Under the pieces are notes generated by a model. That model saw nothing but the letters and a program-made list of their open reading frames with translations, made no database searches and was not told where the DNA came from. Positions 60,882-64,000 of a stretch of 64,000 nucleotides of DNA are shown here, piece after piece (position 1 is the stretch's first letter; every line of letters starts with the position of its first letter). The translations under genes were made by a program, and so were the position numbers. The DNA lies in contig CBDCXM010000009.1 in assembly GCA_965223855.1 (NCBI GenBank), positions 2,048,001 through 2,112,000 of the forward strand, read 5' to 3'. This DNA is from Candidatus Multivoradales bacterium. GTDB taxonomy: Bacteria > Acidobacteriota > Thermoanaerobaculia > Multivoradales > JAHEKO01.

Positions 60882-61648
60882 AACCGGACGTGCTCGACGA
60901 ACAGGTTCGGCACGTCGGCGCCGTCGGCCTGTAGCGCCGCCGCGAGTTCGGGACCGATCTCGAAGTCTCCGGCCCGCTGCTGGTTCGAGGTCGTGAGCAC
61001 GAGCTCGAGCACGTCGCACTGATCGGCGAACTCCTCGCGGACGGAGGTCAGAACCTCGGCGGCGACCTCCAGGCTTCGGAAGACCGAAGCCTCGGAGTCG
61101 GTGCGAACCTCGACGAAAGGCCGGGTGTTCGCCGTGCCCTGGAAGACGCCGACGCCGTCGAAGCCGAGCTCGGAGAAGCGTTGCTTGATCGCCGCCGCAA
61201 GGTCGATGTCGCGCAGCGGCTCCCGCCGGAGCGCGGCCGTGTCGTCGGTCGTCGACGTCGAGATGCGGGGCGCCGACACGTCGCCGTCAGGGCGCGCGGT
61301 GCCGCGCATCGAAGCCTCGCCGCGCTCGATCAGGTCACCGAGGCGCTCGCGCTGCTTCGTCTCCCCGGAGACGACCTTCTTCTGGACGAACTCGCCGTCC
61401 TCCAGGACGAGCGCGTTGCCGAGCTGATGCTTGTTCGCCTCCTCGGTCGCCTCGACGTCGATCTCGGAGGCGTCGATGAAGGTCTCGGTGCCACTCATCA
61501 GCGTGATGATCGCCTTGTCGCCCTCGATGACGTACTTGTCTCGTGCCTCGACTCGCGAGCCGTCCCTGAGGACGACGGTGTAGGCGAGCACCGGTGCGGT
61601 GCCGAGAATGAGAGTCAGAAGGCAGGCAAGGGTCGAGCGTCTGTACAT
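60878..61648 (-). CDS. Secreted hypothetical protein
   Basis: Signal peptide ending PVLA, then YTVVLRDGS. Confidence 0.7.
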   Translation of the reverse strand: MYRRSTLACLLTLILGTAPVLAYTVVLRDGSRVEARDKYVIEGDKAIITLMSGTETFIDASEIDVEATEEANKHQLGNALVLEDGEFVQKKVVSGETKQRERLGDLIERGEASMRGTARPDGDVSAPRISTSTTDDTAALRREPLRDIDLAAAIKQRFSELGFDGVGVFQGTANTRPFVEVRTDSEASVFRSLEVAAEVLTSVREEFADQCDVLELVLTTSNQQRAGDFEIGPELAAALQADGADVPNLFVEHVRF

Positions 61649-61738
61649 GTCGGGGCGCCTCTCTCGTCGGGGCGGTGGTCCGCCGGGGCTCTGGTATCAT
61701 AGCGCCCCCGCGACGCTGCGGGTTTCGAGGTATCCGGC

Positions 61739-62773
61739 ATGCTCGTGGTGATGAAGATGGAGGCGACCGCCTCGCAGGTCGAGGAGGTCGTCCGGAAGGT
61801 CGAGGAGCGGGGGCTGAAGGCTCATCCGATCCCCGGCGCCCAACGCACGGCGATCGGTATCACCGGCAACCTCGGCGTGGTGGAGCCGGCGGCGATTCAA
61901 TCGCTCGACGGCGTCCTCGAGATCCTTCAGGTCAGCCATCCGTACAAGCTCGTGTCGCGCGAGTTCCGGCCCGACGACACGATCGTCGATGTCGGCGGCG
62001 TCGAGATCGGCGGGCGTGATCTCGTACTGATCGCCGGTCCGTGCTCGGTCGAGAGCTACGAGCAGACGCTGGGGATCGCCCGGCGGGTCAAGGCGGCCGG
62101 AGCGCACATCCTGCGCGGCGGCGCCTACAAGCCGCGAACCAGCCCCTACAGCTTTCAGGGGCTCGGGGTCGAGGCGCTCAAGATCCTCGATCGGGTGCGT
62201 TCCGAGACCGGGTTGCCGGTCGTGAGCGAGGCGCTCGACATCGACGTGCTCGACGAAGTCGCCGAGTACTCGGACATGGTGCAGATCGGCGCTCGCAACA
62301 TGCAGAACTACACCCTGCTCAAGCGTGCCGGGCGCTGCGGGCGTCCGGTGCTCCTGAAGCGCGGGATGAACGCCACGCTGACCGAGCTGCTGCTGGCCGC
62401 CGAGTACATCCTCGACCAGGGCAACGGCGACGTCGTTCTGTGCGAGCGCGGAATCCGAACCTTCGCCGATCACAGTCGCAACACGCTCGACGTGACGCTG
62501 ATCCCGGCGATCGAGCGGATCTCGCACCTGCCGATCGTCGCCGATCCGAGCCACGCCGCAGGATCGCGGGAGAAGGTGCTGCCCCTGTCGCGGGCCGCAG
62601 TCGCCGCAGGCGCGGACGGACTGATGATCGAGGTGCACGACGCACCCGAAGCAGCGCTTTCGGACGGCCTCCAGGCCCTGCGCCCCGAGGAGTTCGACGA
62701 GTTGGTCGAGCAGGTGGCCGCTCTCGCCCCGGTCGTCGATCGTGGCCTGCCCGCGCTCGCTGGACGGAGTTAG
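61739..62773 (+). CDS. aroF: DAHP synthase type I-beta with N-terminal ferredoxin-like regulatory domain
   Basis: IAGPCSVES, RGGAYKPRTSPYSFQG, QIGARNMQN, CERGIRTF, DPSH. Confidence 0.92.
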   Translation: MLVVMKMEATASQVEEVVRKVEERGLKAHPIPGAQRTAIGITGNLGVVEPAAIQSLDGVLEILQVSHPYKLVSREFRPDDTIVDVGGVEIGGRDLVLIAGPCSVESYEQTLGIARRVKAAGAHILRGGAYKPRTSPYSFQGLGVEALKILDRVRSETGLPVVSEALDIDVLDEVAEYSDMVQIGARNMQNYTLLKRAGRCGRPVLLKRGMNATLTELLLAAEYILDQGNGDVVLCERGIRTFADHSRNTLDVTLIPAIERISHLPIVADPSHAAGSREKVLPLSRAAVAAGADGLMIEVHDAPEAALSDGLQALRPEEFDELVEQVAALAPVVDRGLPALAGRS

Positions 62774-62781
62774 CGCTTCCG

Positions 62782-63875
<1,094 letters not shown>

Positions 63876-63879
<4 letters not shown>

Positions 63880-64000
63880 GCCGCGGCCGACTTGCCTGGT
63901 CGCTGTCGTGGCGCCTGTTCGGCGGCCGGCGGACCCGACTGCTGTCCGGGACGACCTGGGCGGCTCTCCTGGCGACGGCGCTCGGCGTTGCCGCGATGGT
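63876..64000 (+). CDS. Partial gene, probably a LolC/E-type ABC permease N-terminus
   Basis: GTGA overlap with the carA stop; WSLSWRLFGGRRTRLL..ALLATALGVAAM; truncated by the window end. Confidence 0.5.

Overview
A gene-dense, high-GC (roughly 70% by eye) bacterial chromosomal segment with about 58 CDS. No rRNA, tRNA, CRISPR array, transposase or prophage gene was seen. The gene content (three DUF4388 proteins, a DUF1844-TPR-DUF4388 block before dnaK-hspR, HEAT-PilT) suggests an Acidobacteriota (Thermoanaerobaculia-like) or myxobacterial-type organism; this assignment is inference. Most genes are housekeeping: ABC-F, PBP1b, a UvrA paralog, nuclease-DinG, hflKC, dacB, dcd, glpX, glutaryl-CoA dehydrogenase, envC-S41-yibQ, rimK, mazG, dnaK, mce, aroF and carA. 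The notable items are: (1) a HEAT-repeat-PilT fusion coupled to a second PilT with no pilus genes nearby; (2) luxE-luxC without luxAB/luxD, divergent from a ferredoxin-TauE unit; (3) a 179-bp TA-flanked inverted-repeat element that supplies the dcd stop codon; (4) an S41 protease lacking both catalytic residues; (5) an in-frame TAG or CTG start upstream of the TauE gene; (6) repeated leaderless-type promoters; (7) a +1 frameshift in an acyl-CoA dehydrogenase. Family calls come from motifs read by eye, not from database searches. Many start codons were re-chosen inside longer track ORFs.
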